Made by a program: the position numbers and the translations under genes. Positions 9,364 to 18,929 of a DNA stretch of 64,000 bases are shown here, one piece after another. Source of the DNA: Candidatus Gastranaerophilales bacterium (GTDB lineage: Bacteria > Cyanobacteriota > Vampirovibrionia > Gastranaerophilales > Gastranaerophilaceae). Numbering within the stretch: position 1 is the stretch's first letter; every line of letters begins with the position of its first letter. Below the pieces are notes generated by a model that did no database searches, was not told the DNA's origin, and was given only the letters and a program-made list of their open reading frames with translations. The stretch lies in NCBI GenBank assembly GCA_944325535.1, contig CALVAL010000001.1:1925-65924 (forward strand), read 5' to 3'.

Positions 9364-9536
9364 AATTCTCCTTTTTAAAACTCTCAGACTTATCGGGATA
9401 CTTTGATTATTGTATTTAGCCTTCTCCCTTTAATTTTCTTTTTTATTATAACACAAATGTAAATTTTATTAACAAAAAAAGCAATTATTATACTAGAGAA
9501 TACTTTATATATATAAAGGGATACTCAAGGATATTT

Positions 9537-10493
9537 ATGGGAATAAGCAATTTTTGGAATAATTTTTCATATGGTTTTTTAAACGGAATGTTCAATTCTA
9601 ATCCGTTTGCGTGTGGATTTGGGTATACTCCTTTTTCTTTCTGTTGTTGGTCTAATCCTTTTGTATCTAATATTTTCCAGTATCCAAGTAGTATGAACTA
9701 TCCACCAATGTTTCCTACTATGCCTGTAAATCCGTTTCCAGCTCTTAGTATGCCAAGCATTGATACTACATCGATTTTTCCAACAGATATTTGGAATGTG
9801 CAAAATAATCAGATGAAGAGTAATAATCATCCGTGGGTTGATAGTTTTGAGCGCTCAATACCAAAGAAAGAGGAAATTGAGTCGAATGAAAAGATAGAAG
9901 AACAAGATAGCGTGGACAAGAAAAGCTCGCCTGCTTCTATTGAAAAAGAAAGTGTTAAAAAGTCAGAAGATAATAAGCCGAATGCACAAGCTGAGAGCTC
10001 GTCTGTAGTACCAGGGGCCTCTAATCCGGCAAATGCTAGTATGAGTGGTTTAAAAAATGAAAAACTTTCAGATAGATTTCAGGGGTCTGCTGAACAATTA
10101 AATCAACTTTTGAATAAAAAGAATGGTGTATTAAAGAATAAAGGACAAGTATTCATTGATGCACAGAATAAATATGGTATTAATGCCGCAATTTTGGCTG
10201 CAATATGTATAAATGAGAGTGCTTATGGTACTAGTAACCTCGCAAGGACAAAAAATAATGTCGGTGGCGTCAGTGCTGGTATGGGATTTAAGTCTTATGA
10301 TAGCGTAGATGCATGTATAATGGACATGGCAAGATTTTTGAAATCAGGGTATTTAGATAAAGGTATCGTTACTATAAGCCAAGTAGGAAAGAAATATTGT
10401 CCGGTTGGTGACCCTCGAGATAAAAATGGATTGAATTCTGGTTGGGGAGCTGCAGTAACAAGCATTACTAGAAAAATAGAAGCGTTAGCATAA
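9537..10493 (+). CDS. Glucosaminidase-domain protein (LytD/FlgJ-like muramidase) with Pro/Phe-rich N-terminus
   Basis: C-terminal FIDAQNKYGINAAILAAICINESAYGTSNLARTKNNVGG. Confidence 0.7.
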   Translation: MGISNFWNNFSYGFLNGMFNSNPFACGFGYTPFSFCCWSNPFVSNIFQYPSSMNYPPMFPTMPVNPFPALSMPSIDTTSIFPTDIWNVQNNQMKSNNHPWVDSFERSIPKKEEIESNEKIEEQDSVDKKSSPASIEKESVKKSEDNKPNAQAESSSVVPGASNPANASMSGLKNEKLSDRFQGSAEQLNQLLNKKNGVLKNKGQVFIDAQNKYGINAAILAAICINESAYGTSNLARTKNNVGGVSAGMGFKSYDSVDACIMDMARFLKSGYLDKGIVTISQVGKKYCPVGDPRDKNGLNSGWGAAVTSITRKIEALA

Positions 10494-10541
10494 AAAAAAG
10501 CCGTTTCTTAGAGGAACGGCTACCAGACTTGGGGAGGAGGT

Positions 10542-10661
10542 ATGAAAAACCGTTGGGGTTTTCCATATACTCTATTAACGGTAGTATTTTATATTTTCTT
10601 TAGTTTTTTAAGTAAATATCATCTATTAGTAGGAGAAAAGCATGATTTGGCTTCTTTTTAA
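10542..10661 (+). CDS. Possible 39-aa hydrophobic peptide
   Basis: Own translation MKNRWGFPYTLLTVVFYIFFSFLSKYHLLVGEKHDLASF, preceded by GGGGAGGAGG. Below the ORF-track cutoff. Confidence 0.25.
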   Translation: MKNRWGFPYTLLTVVFYIFFSFLSKYHLLVGEKHDLASF

Positions 10662-10672
10662 ATTTTCATGAG

Positions 10673-10755
10673 ACTAGTGACTAGTGACTAGTGAGTAGTG
10701 AGTAGAATTTTATTATTAACTTCTTCTAAACTCCTAAACTTATAGACTTCTCCTC
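10673..10755 (+). repeat. Mosaic intergenic repeat: (ACTAGTG)3(AGTAGTG)2 followed by a ...ttaacttcttctaaact... core
   Basis: Same core as at 50043-50085 and 50267-50345, and inverted at 49453-49535. Confidence 0.8.
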
Positions 10756-10874
10756 TTTTACCGTTCACTGTTAAATTATTTTAAGCTCAAAATCCATGGT
10801 ACTCGACATTTTATAATTTTTCGTATATTATAAAAACTATGCTAGCCCAATAATAGTTAAAAGGAGAAAAAGAA

Positions 10875-11369
10875 ATGCAAGTAATACTTAAAAAAGAAGT
10901 TCAAAATATTGGTGAAGCCGGTGATTTAGTTAATGTAAAAGACGGTTATGCAAGAAACTTCTTAATTCCTAAGAATTATGCTGAAATTGCAACTGAAGGT
11001 GCTTTAAAAAATAGAGAACAAAATATTGCAAGAATTAAAGCTAAACAAGAAAAATTACACCAAGAAGCTTTAGCGAAAGCTGAATTAATTGAAAAATTAG
11101 GTTCAATTGAATTGTCAGCTAAAGCTGGTGAAAGCGGTAAATTATTTGGTACTATCACTACTAAGAAATTATGCGAAGAATTAAAAGAAAAAGCTAATAT
11201 CGAAGTAGATAGAAAGACAGTTTCTTTAAATGCGCCAATTAACAGAATTGGTGAGTTTACAATGTTAATTAAATTAACTTCTAAAGTTAAAACTGAATTA
11301 AAAGTTGTTGTTACAGCATCTGAAGTTGTAAAAGAATCAGTAGAAGAAACTGAAGAAGCTGAAGCGTAG
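10875..11369 (+). CDS. rplI: 50S ribosomal protein L9
   Basis: MQVILKKEVQNIGEAGDLVNVKDGYARNFLIPKNYA. Acidic C-terminal tail. Confidence 0.95.
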   Translation: MQVILKKEVQNIGEAGDLVNVKDGYARNFLIPKNYAEIATEGALKNREQNIARIKAKQEKLHQEALAKAELIEKLGSIELSAKAGESGKLFGTITTKKLCEELKEKANIEVDRKTVSLNAPINRIGEFTMLIKLTSKVKTELKVVVTASEVVKESVEETEEAEA

Positions 11370-11385
11370 TTAAAATTTGAGAAAA

Positions 11386-11423
11386 AACGTGTCGGCTGAT
11401 TTATTTCGCCGCACGTTTTTTTT
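11386..11423 (+). terminator. Rho-independent terminator after rplI
   Basis: AACGTGTCGGC...GCCGCACGTT stem followed by T8. Confidence 0.75.
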
Positions 11424-11447
11424 ATAGATTTGTAAGAGAGTGAGTAA

Positions 11448-12497
11448 ATGGTAAAAATATCTTTTAAGTGTCTTCCAAATGGTGCTTTGCCATATGAAAC
11501 AAATGAAGCTGCTACAAAAATGATGGTAAAATTATTTGAGAATGTTCCATATTTGGCAATGTTACCAGTCATTTCTGCAGATGAAAATATTCTTTTTCGA
11601 ACATTAAGTAATGTTCAAGGTGTTCGTGTTAAGGATAGAAAAGCTGTTTTGGAAACGGAAGAAAAAATTTTTAAGCAAGCTCTTTTACGTTTAGATGCTG
11701 CATATAATAATATGAGTGTTGAAAATATAGAGCTTTATGCAATTAATTCTGTATTTTTTCCAAAATATTTACAAATATTAAAGCGTATACAGCCTAAAGA
11801 TACTGTTTTGAATTTATTAGGACCATTTTCTGTCGCTATAGCTTTGACTAAGAAGGATGGACCACAGGTTCTGTTAGATAAGTGTTATAGAAAGTTTGTA
11901 ATTCAGACAATTACTTTAAAAGCAGCTTGGGCAATAAATAAAATCCGCGAAGTAGCTCCAGAAACTAAACCTGTTATCGTTTTAGAGGAGCCTTCATATT
12001 ATCAATATGGTGATATTAAGAGAGAGAACGAAGATTTAACTAGAGATATCGTATTAAATATGTTTTCTAAGGTGATTCGTAAAATAAAAGAACTTGGAGC
12101 TGTTGTAGCAGTTCAAAGTTTTGAGAAATGTGATTGGCAAATCCCTATAGAAGCTGGTGTTGATATAATATCTTTTGATGCATATAACAATCCGAATAAT
12201 TTGAATATAATTGCAGAAAAAGTGAATGATTTTTTAGCAGCAGGTGGAAGGATAAACTGGGCAATTGTTCCTGTAAAAAATGAGGCGATGGTGAAGTCTT
12301 TAACCATAGATTATTTATATGATAGGTTTGTAAAGACTTTAGAAGGTTTAATTGTGTCAGGAGTTAGCGAGAGACTTGCTTATAATAGAGCTTTAGTATC
12401 TATACAAGGTGATATTAAGCATTTACCATTAATTTTTGCAGAAAAAGCATTGATTTTGTCTACACAACTAGCCAAAAGAATCCCTACGAAGAGCTAG
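11448..12497 (+). CDS. Hypothetical protein, possibly a MetE/UROD-like TIM-barrel fold
   Basis: 349 aa. Only a loose pattern resemblance (...VIVLEEPSYYQ..., ...GVDIISFDAY...). Confidence 0.3.
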   Translation: MVKISFKCLPNGALPYETNEAATKMMVKLFENVPYLAMLPVISADENILFRTLSNVQGVRVKDRKAVLETEEKIFKQALLRLDAAYNNMSVENIELYAINSVFFPKYLQILKRIQPKDTVLNLLGPFSVAIALTKKDGPQVLLDKCYRKFVIQTITLKAAWAINKIREVAPETKPVIVLEEPSYYQYGDIKRENEDLTRDIVLNMFSKVIRKIKELGAVVAVQSFEKCDWQIPIEAGVDIISFDAYNNPNNLNIIAEKVNDFLAAGGRINWAIVPVKNEAMVKSLTIDYLYDRFVKTLEGLIVSGVSERLAYNRALVSIQGDIKHLPLIFAEKALILSTQLAKRIPTKS

Positions 12498-13602
12498 TTT
12501 CTTCTAATACAGCATTTGAATCGATAAAGATAGTATTTCTGATGAACGCATGTGCCATAAGTAGAAGATATGGGTTCATTTCGTTTGTTGCAGATAGGTT
12601 TACTTTTGCTTCTTGAGTTTCTTGGAGCTCTTTTTTCTTAGGTTCTATTGATTCAATATCAATATTTGTATTCATTGCATGTGATGAGCTTTCTTCTTTA
12701 AGACTTTTTTCAAGAGTTTTTTTAGGAAAATCTTCTGAACAAATAATATAGATATCAACAGAATTGGATGTTGTTAGTGTAAATACCCCCTTTACATTTC
12801 CAAAATGTTTGGTTTGTATTAGGACTGTAAGTTTTGAATCATTTGATTCGTTTTCTCCACTTTGTGTGTCAATTTCTAAGTCAAATCCTACGCCCTCATT
12901 TAAAGGCAGCCAAGGAAGATATAGAAGCATCAGACTTTTAAGGGTTTGAGTAGGGTTATTTGATTCAGCCATAGCAACACAAGAATTTATGATACTTAGT
13001 GTCTCAGTAATCTGTTCATTGGTCATTCCACTTTTTGAAGCTGAAGCCATTGCAATAATAAGATTTGCAACTGCTTGTTTGCTATTTTTTAATACAAGTT
13101 CTGAAAAAGCGGGCAAATGAATCATTCCACTAAAGAATAATAAAACTGCATCTTTTTGAACATTGTTAGTTTGTACTTGTTGAATCGTTTGGCTGACATT
13201 CTGTACCAGATCGGTTGTATCATCAAATAATTGGGATATCATTTTTTGGTTTTTTAAAAGATCTTGGTTTAAGTCATTTAATAATAAAGTATTTGTATTT
13301 ATTGGACGGTTTTTATCTTGAATTTGTAGCAATATTTCTCCAAGTGTTTGAGGCAGTCCTAATAAATTTTTTATGTATATTGATCTGTCCATGGCTGCAA
13401 TTTGGTTCATGTGGATTTGTTGCATAATACCAAGACTAGGTTGTAAATTAGAAAGTAATGGTGGCTTTGGGGTTGCAAGGTTGTTATTAAATGAATTATT
13501 TCCCATATTATTAATAATATTTTCTTGCTGTTTTAGTTTCTTTAGGTATATTTCAGGGTTTCGTAGCCCTGCTAAAATTTTTCCAATACTAAATCCATCC
13601 AT
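12484..13602 (-). CDS. Hypothetical protein (Asn/Gln-rich, no recognised domain)
   Basis: 372-aa ORF. Convergent 14-nt overlap with the preceding gene. Confidence 0.5.
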   Translation of the reverse strand: MDGFSIGKILAGLRNPEIYLKKLKQQENIINNMGNNSFNNNLATPKPPLLSNLQPSLGIMQQIHMNQIAAMDRSIYIKNLLGLPQTLGEILLQIQDKNRPINTNTLLLNDLNQDLLKNQKMISQLFDDTTDLVQNVSQTIQQVQTNNVQKDAVLLFFSGMIHLPAFSELVLKNSKQAVANLIIAMASASKSGMTNEQITETLSIINSCVAMAESNNPTQTLKSLMLLYLPWLPLNEGVGFDLEIDTQSGENESNDSKLTVLIQTKHFGNVKGVFTLTTSNSVDIYIICSEDFPKKTLEKSLKEESSSHAMNTNIDIESIEPKKKELQETQEAKVNLSATNEMNPYLLLMAHAFIRNTIFIDSNAVLEETSSS

Positions 13603-13710
13603 AGTAATATAATTATAACAATTTTAAGACGGAAGTCTATATTTAAATCTGCACTTTACAAAAAAAGGCTTTTTTAATAAGATTGAATATAGTTTAATGA
13701 GAGGTACCTA

Positions 13711-14427
13711 ATGTCTAATAAATATAAACGTGTGTTATTAAAGATTAGCGGCGAAGCATTGCTTGGTAATCAGCAGTTTGGTATTGATTATGAGCCTGTG
13801 GAAATGATTGCTAATGAGATTAAATCTATTGTAGATCGCGGTGTAGAAGTCGCAGTGGTAGTTGGCGGCGGAAATATTTTCCGTGGTATGAAAAATAGTG
13901 CAAAGCTTGGTATGGATCAAGCTTCTGGTGATTATGTAGGAATGCTTGCAACAGTTATGAATGCTGTTGCTTTGCAATGTGCTTTAAAAAAGATTAATTT
14001 GGATTGTAGAGTACAAACAGCAATTGCTATGAATCAGATTGCAGAGCCTTATGTAAGACATCGTGCAATAAGACATCTGGAAAAAGGTCGTGTTGTTATT
14101 TTTGCAGCAGGAACTGGTAATCCATTCTTTACAACAGATACTGCATCAGCTCTACGTGCTTCTGAAATTGATGCTGAAGTTATGTTAATGGCTAAAAATG
14201 GTGTAGATGGAATTTATAATGATGACCCAAATGTTAATCCTGATGCTAAGAAAATTGATAGTATGACTTACGATGATATTATCAAGCATGAATTAAAAGT
14301 TATGGATACGTCAGCTTGTGCATTATGTAAGCAAAATAAGATTCCTATTATAGTATTTGATTTTAAAGCTAAAGGAAGTCTTGTAAAAATCATGGATGGC
14401 GAAGCTGTCGGAACTTATGTAAGTTAG
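13711..14427 (+). CDS. pyrH: UMP kinase
   Basis: [22 protein letters not shown], typical PyrH length. Confidence 0.95.
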   Translation: MSNKYKRVLLKISGEALLGNQQFGIDYEPVEMIANEIKSIVDRGVEVAVVVGGGNIFRGMKNSAKLGMDQASGDYVGMLATVMNAVALQCALKKINLDCRVQTAIAMNQIAEPYVRHRAIRHLEKGRVVIFAAGTGNPFFTTDTASALRASEIDAEVMLMAKNGVDGIYNDDPNVNPDAKKIDSMTYDDIIKHELKVMDTSACALCKQNKIPIIVFDFKAKGSLVKIMDGEAVGTYVS

Positions 14428-14456
14428 TAGATTTTAATATATAAAAGGAGAAAATT

Positions 14457-15023
14457 ATGTCAGAAGCTCTTGAAGAAATGTATTTATTCGGAGAAGAAAA
14501 AATGGAAAAAGCAATTTCGCAAATGAAACGTGAATTTGCATCAGTAAGAACAGGAAGAGCTAATCCAAATGTTTTAGATAAAGTTGTAGTAGATTATTAT
14601 GGTGCTCCTACTCCAATAAGACAAATGGCTCAAGTAAGTGTTAGTGAAGGAACTACATTAGTAATTACTCCTTTTGATAAAAGTATTATGAAAGATGTAG
14701 AAAAAGCTATTATAAAAGCTGAACTAGGTGTTGCACCTAACAATGACGGAACTTGCATCAGATTAAACTTCCCACCTTTAACAGAGGAAAGAAGAAAAGA
14801 AACTGCAAAAGATGTTAAAAGATTTGGCGAAGATGCAAAAGTTGCAGTAAGAAATGTTAGAAGAGATATGGTAGATTCTTTGAAAAAAATTGAAAAAGAA
14901 GAAAATATGCCAGAGGATGCAGTTAAAGATAATCAAGATAAAATTCAAAAACTTACTGATAAATATGTTGGAATTATTGATTCTTTAGTTGTTGAAAAAG
15001 AAAAAGAGGTAATGACTGTATAA
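14457..15023 (+). CDS. frr: Ribosome recycling factor
   Basis: FASVRTGRANPNVLDKVVVDYYG...; follows pyrH. Confidence 0.95.
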   Translation: MSEALEEMYLFGEEKMEKAISQMKREFASVRTGRANPNVLDKVVVDYYGAPTPIRQMAQVSVSEGTTLVITPFDKSIMKDVEKAIIKAELGVAPNNDGTCIRLNFPPLTEERRKETAKDVKRFGEDAKVAVRNVRRDMVDSLKKIEKEENMPEDAVKDNQDKIQKLTDKYVGIIDSLVVEKEKEVMTV

Positions 15024-15898
15024 TGGCTTTAAGTAAAAGTTTGACAAGAATGTTTACAGGCCTTGTAATTGGATTTACTGCACTGTTTGCAATAATTCAA
15101 GGAGGTCTGTACTTGATGGCTTTGGTGCTAGCAATTGTAATTTTAGCATCAAGAGAATACACTGAAGTATTAAAACACAAGGGTTTTTTACCGAGCTATC
15201 GAATTATAATCATATCGAGTTTGATTTTTGCAGCTTTAGCATATTTTAACAGATTTGATTTAGTTGCTCTAGCTTTTTCAATGTGTTCAATAATGGCATT
15301 TTTGTCAGTTTTATTTAAAGGTAAACAGCCTTATATTGCAAATGTTGCAACTACAATTTTAGGTTTTGTATATTGTGGCTGGTTTCCATTACATCTTTTA
15401 TTTTTAAGAGATTTAGGCAGTCAGCCTGTCTATCAAGGTTTTATTAAGCAAAATGTGTCAACAGAGGGTATAGGATATGCTTTATTATTATTTTTCTGTG
15501 TAATTGTAACTGACACATTTTGTTATTACACAGGATGTAAATTTGGAAAACATAAAATTGCTCCTGTGATTAGTCCTAATAAAACTATTGAAGGTTCAAT
15601 TGGTGGAACTGTTATGTGCATGATATTTTGTATTGCTTTTGGTCTTGCAATACAAATCCCTTGGTATCATTGTATAATTTTGAGTATTTTAATAGCCGGT
15701 TTTGCCCAAATTGGTGATTTATGTGAATCAATGATTAAGCGTGATGCAGGTGTTAAAGATTCAAGTAACATTCTTCCGGGACACGGTGGTTTTTTAGATA
15801 GAACTGATAGCTATATTTTAACAATACCTATAGTTCATTATTATTTATATTTCTTTGTTGTAAATAATTTTATGGATTTATTTAGGGGCATAATGTAG
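15023..15898 (+). CDS. cdsA: Phosphatidate cytidylyltransferase
   Basis: Polytopic. C-terminal signature SMIKRDAGVKDSSNILPGHGGFLDRTDS. Confidence 0.9.
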   Translation: MALSKSLTRMFTGLVIGFTALFAIIQGGLYLMALVLAIVILASREYTEVLKHKGFLPSYRIIIISSLIFAALAYFNRFDLVALAFSMCSIMAFLSVLFKGKQPYIANVATTILGFVYCGWFPLHLLFLRDLGSQPVYQGFIKQNVSTEGIGYALLLFFCVIVTDTFCYYTGCKFGKHKIAPVISPNKTIEGSIGGTVMCMIFCIAFGLAIQIPWYHCIILSILIAGFAQIGDLCESMIKRDAGVKDSSNILPGHGGFLDRTDSYILTIPIVHYYLYFFVVNNFMDLFRGIM

Positions 15899-16569
15899 TG
15901 ATTGAAAAGATTTTTGGTGAAAAAAATAATCTTGTAAAAATTGCACTTACTCACCCTTCTTATACCAAAGAAAATAATTTGAATAATCTTGAAAATTATG
16001 AACGTCTCGAATTCCTTGGGGATTCGGTATTAAAGCTTTTTACTTCAAAACTTTTGTATGAAAAGTATCCTGATTCACCAGAGGGTGAATTATCTAAAAT
16101 TCGTTCGATATTGGTCTCTGACGCTATTTTAGCTAAAATCGCTGTCTTGATTGGTGTAGATAAAGATATGATTTTAGGTCATGCAGAAGAAAAACAGGGT
16201 GGGAGAAAAAGAGAATCAAATATTGCTTGTACGTTAGAGGCTCTTTTGGGTGCTTATTATTTGAGTGGGAAATATAACGAAATAGAGAGTTTTCTTGGTG
16301 AATATTTGATGCAATATGCGGAAGATATTGATAAGCATTTTGAAAAGTACAATGCAAAAGATATTTTACAGCAATATACTCAGGGGGTAAATAAAACACT
16401 TCCTATATATAGAACTGTAGAGATAAAAGGTCCTGCACATAAGCCTGAATTTGTTGTTGAAGTTGAGTGGAATGGTGAAATTATTTCTACTGCTATTGGC
16501 AAATCAAAAAAAGAAGCTGAACAAAATTGTGCTCTTGAGGCTTGTAAGAAATTAGGGGCAATAAGTTAA
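15898..16569 (+). CDS. rnc: Ribonuclease III
   Basis: GTG start overlapping the cdsA stop. ERLEFLGDSVL catalytic motif and a C-terminal dsRBD. Confidence 0.9.
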   Translation: MIEKIFGEKNNLVKIALTHPSYTKENNLNNLENYERLEFLGDSVLKLFTSKLLYEKYPDSPEGELSKIRSILVSDAILAKIAVLIGVDKDMILGHAEEKQGGRKRESNIACTLEALLGAYYLSGKYNEIESFLGEYLMQYAEDIDKHFEKYNAKDILQQYTQGVNKTLPIYRTVEIKGPAHKPEFVVEVEWNGEIISTAIGKSKKEAEQNCALEACKKLGAIS

Positions 16570-16641
16570 TTACTCCATCCAAACGATTACAAAAATATTT
16601 TTAGAGAATATAATATCTTTATTGGGAGAAGGTTTAAGGAT

Positions 16642-16971
16642 ATGAACAGACGTTGGTACGATTCTAATGAAAATACTAAAAAAGCATTATCTTTGCTAAA
16701 AGATATGAATGAAGAGCAAAGGAGAGCTTTATCAAGAGATTTAACAAATGTTGTTCGTCAAATAAAAGAGATGCACTTAGAGGATGATGATGAAGATCAA
16801 GAGGTAAGTCTTGGTATTGATAGAGTGCTTGGGCTTTATAAAATCTCAAATTCAAGAAGATGGTATGATAAGGTGAGTATTTTATCTTATGCGATGAAAA
16901 CAATGTCTACTCTACCTAAAGAAGATTTTTATAATATTATGGAAGGTATTACTTCGAGCGTTTCTGTATAA
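16642..16971 (+). CDS. Hypothetical protein with duplicated RRWYD motif
   Basis: 109 aa. RRWYD at residues 3-7 and again about residue 71. Confidence 0.5.
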   Translation: MNRRWYDSNENTKKALSLLKDMNEEQRRALSRDLTNVVRQIKEMHLEDDDEDQEVSLGIDRVLGLYKISNSRRWYDKVSILSYAMKTMSTLPKEDFYNIMEGITSSVSV

Positions 16972-17047
16972 AACAAAAATTTAAAAAGGTGCTTTGAAAA
17001 TTTTTTAAAACACCTTTTTATCGATACTAAATGAATTCTGTTACACT

Positions 17048-17752
17048 TTAGAAAGTGTATCTAATACCTGCGTTTCCTTGGAATCTGTCTGCATCCATTA
17101 CTGCTGACCAGTGGCCACTTTTACCTAAATTTAATTCTGCAGAAATTGTCGGTGTGATATAAGCTCCTGCTTGATGTCCGTTATAACTCATTTTTACAGT
17201 TTTATTTTGAACTGAAGTTATATTCACATCCTGTGCGGGAGTCTGTATAGTTGCATTTTGAGTTTTTTGAGCATCATATTGATGTGTTATTTGGGGCGTA
17301 TTGTTTGTGCTGTATCCACCTTCAACTCCAATTTTAATATTACCTTTTTCACCATTAAAGTTTAAACTTAAGCCTGCTCCAGCTTTTTTATATCCGTCAT
17401 GCCAAGTCGTTTTTAGACCTGCCTGTTCTTGCCAATTTGGAGAATTTATCTCCATGTGACTTTTGAATGTACTTTCAAAATTATTTCTTAAATATTCTCC
17501 ATTAGCAGACAATTCAAGTCCCATATTTTTACCGATATTAAATTCGTGTCCTACTTTAACACTGGCTGAAAAAGAAGAGCCTAATCCTACTTCAGCATTT
17601 GCATATGTTCCATTTTTGCTAATTTCACCACCCAATAAAGCTCCAACATTTAATTTTGCTTTTCCTGCTGTTGGACTATAAGCTCCAGCTTGTATTTGTG
17701 CATATGCTTCTTTTTTTAATGGTGTAGATGCTTTGATTTCTGGTGTGCTCAT
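17048..17752 (-). CDS. Beta-barrel-like (outer-membrane-type) protein without an obvious signal peptide
   Basis: Alternating amphipathic strands and a C-terminal ...GNAGIRYTF. Strong SD AAGGAGAG 7 nt upstream fixes the start. Confidence 0.5.
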   Translation of the reverse strand: MSTPEIKASTPLKKEAYAQIQAGAYSPTAGKAKLNVGALLGGEISKNGTYANAEVGLGSSFSASVKVGHEFNIGKNMGLELSANGEYLRNNFESTFKSHMEINSPNWQEQAGLKTTWHDGYKKAGAGLSLNFNGEKGNIKIGVEGGYSTNNTPQITHQYDAQKTQNATIQTPAQDVNITSVQNKTVKMSYNGHQAGAYITPTISAELNLGKSGHWSAVMDADRFQGNAGIRYTF

Positions 17753-18079
17753 AATATTCTCTCCTTTTTCTCTATTCTTCCGATGTTTATTTCTGATATT
17801 TATATAAAGTATTTTGATGTTAGAAAATTGCTATAAAATTGATAAAAAATATCAAATATATCTAAAAAGCATAAATAACAACATTAGAAGGGTTTAATAA
17901 AACTTAATAATATGTATTTCTTATGCTATTTGCTATCAAAATATAGTGTTTTTTATTTAAGATCTTCTGTAAAAAAGCATTATTTAATGTTATTAATTAC
18001 ACCGAGTTTATTTACCTCCTTATTGATTTTGCCCCTTGTTTATTCTAATATCGAGTTGTAATAAATAAGGAGAAAAATT

Positions 18080-18874
18080 ATGGCAAGAAAACCAATTATT
18101 GCAGGAAACTGGAAAATGAATTTACTTCAAGCTGATGCAAAAGCATTATTTGAAGGAATAAAGAATTTTACAAAAGATTTTACAGCTCAACAATTACCAA
18201 CAATTGTTATTGCACCTGTATTCACATCTTTAAATGTTGTTGAAACAGAAAGATGCAATTGCGGATGTGGTGGAGATAAAATTGCTATTGCTGGACAAAA
18301 TTGTCACTGGGAAAAATCAGGTGCTTATACTGGTGAAGTTTCTGTAGAAATGTTAGCTGATGCTGGTTGTTCTTATGTAATTATCGGTCACAGCGAAAGA
18401 AGACAATATTTCTCTGAAACAGATGAAATGATTAATAAAAAAGCTAAAGCTATTTTAGCAGGTGGATTGATTCCAATTATCTGCTGCGGTGAAACTCTTG
18501 AGCAAAGAGAAGCTGGTGTTACTGATGAACATATTGCAACTCAAATTAGAGCAGCTTTAAATGGTCTAAGCGAAGAAGAAGTTGCTAAATCAGTAATCGC
18601 ATATGAACCAATTTGGGCAATTGGTACAGGAAAGACTTGCGACAGCGTTGAAGCTAATAGAGTAATTGCTATGATTAGAAACGTTGTTAAAGAAGTATCT
18701 TCTGAAAAAGCTGGAGATGCTATTAGAATTCTTTACGGCGGTTCTGTAAAACCTTCAACAATTGAAGAACAAATGTCTCAATCTGATATTGATGGTGCTT
18801 TAGTTGGGGGAGCAAGCTTAAAAGCTGATAGCTTTAATGAAATTATCGCTAATACTATGAAAGTAAGTGTATAA
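18080..18874 (+). CDS. tpiA: Triosephosphate isomerase
   Basis: IIAGNWKMN, VIIGHSERR, AYEPIWAIGTGK, GGASL. Confidence 0.95.
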   Translation: MARKPIIAGNWKMNLLQADAKALFEGIKNFTKDFTAQQLPTIVIAPVFTSLNVVETERCNCGCGGDKIAIAGQNCHWEKSGAYTGEVSVEMLADAGCSYVIIGHSERRQYFSETDEMINKKAKAILAGGLIPIICCGETLEQREAGVTDEHIATQIRAALNGLSEEEVAKSVIAYEPIWAIGTGKTCDSVEANRVIAMIRNVVKEVSSEKAGDAIRILYGGSVKPSTIEEQMSQSDIDGALVGGASLKADSFNEIIANTMKVSV

Positions 18875-18892
18875 TTTATAAAATTTTCTTTT

Positions 18893-18929
18893 GAGCCTGA
18901 GAATTAATTATTCTCAGGCTCATTTTTTT
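18893..18929 (+). terminator. Terminator hairpin between tpiA and mscL
   Basis: Perfect 12-bp stem GAGCCTGAGAAT/ATTCTCAGGCTC followed by a T run. Overlaps the mscL stop codon. Confidence 0.75.

Noticed and set aside
10976-11572. 198-aa minus-strand ORF.
   Set aside because: It is antisense to the strongly conserved rplI and to the start of the next gene. Its low-complexity Ser/Phe/Asn-rich translation is typical of antisense frames in AT-rich DNA. The same reasoning rejects the other embedded or antisense ORFs, e.g. 2597-2857, 3177-3398, 6949-7305, 7386-7574, 9579-9830, 13738-13977, 16133-16399, 20963-21202, 23468-23695, 24323-24595, 33847-34090, 39118-40871(+), 50657-51040, 52757-53104, 59765-60242(-).
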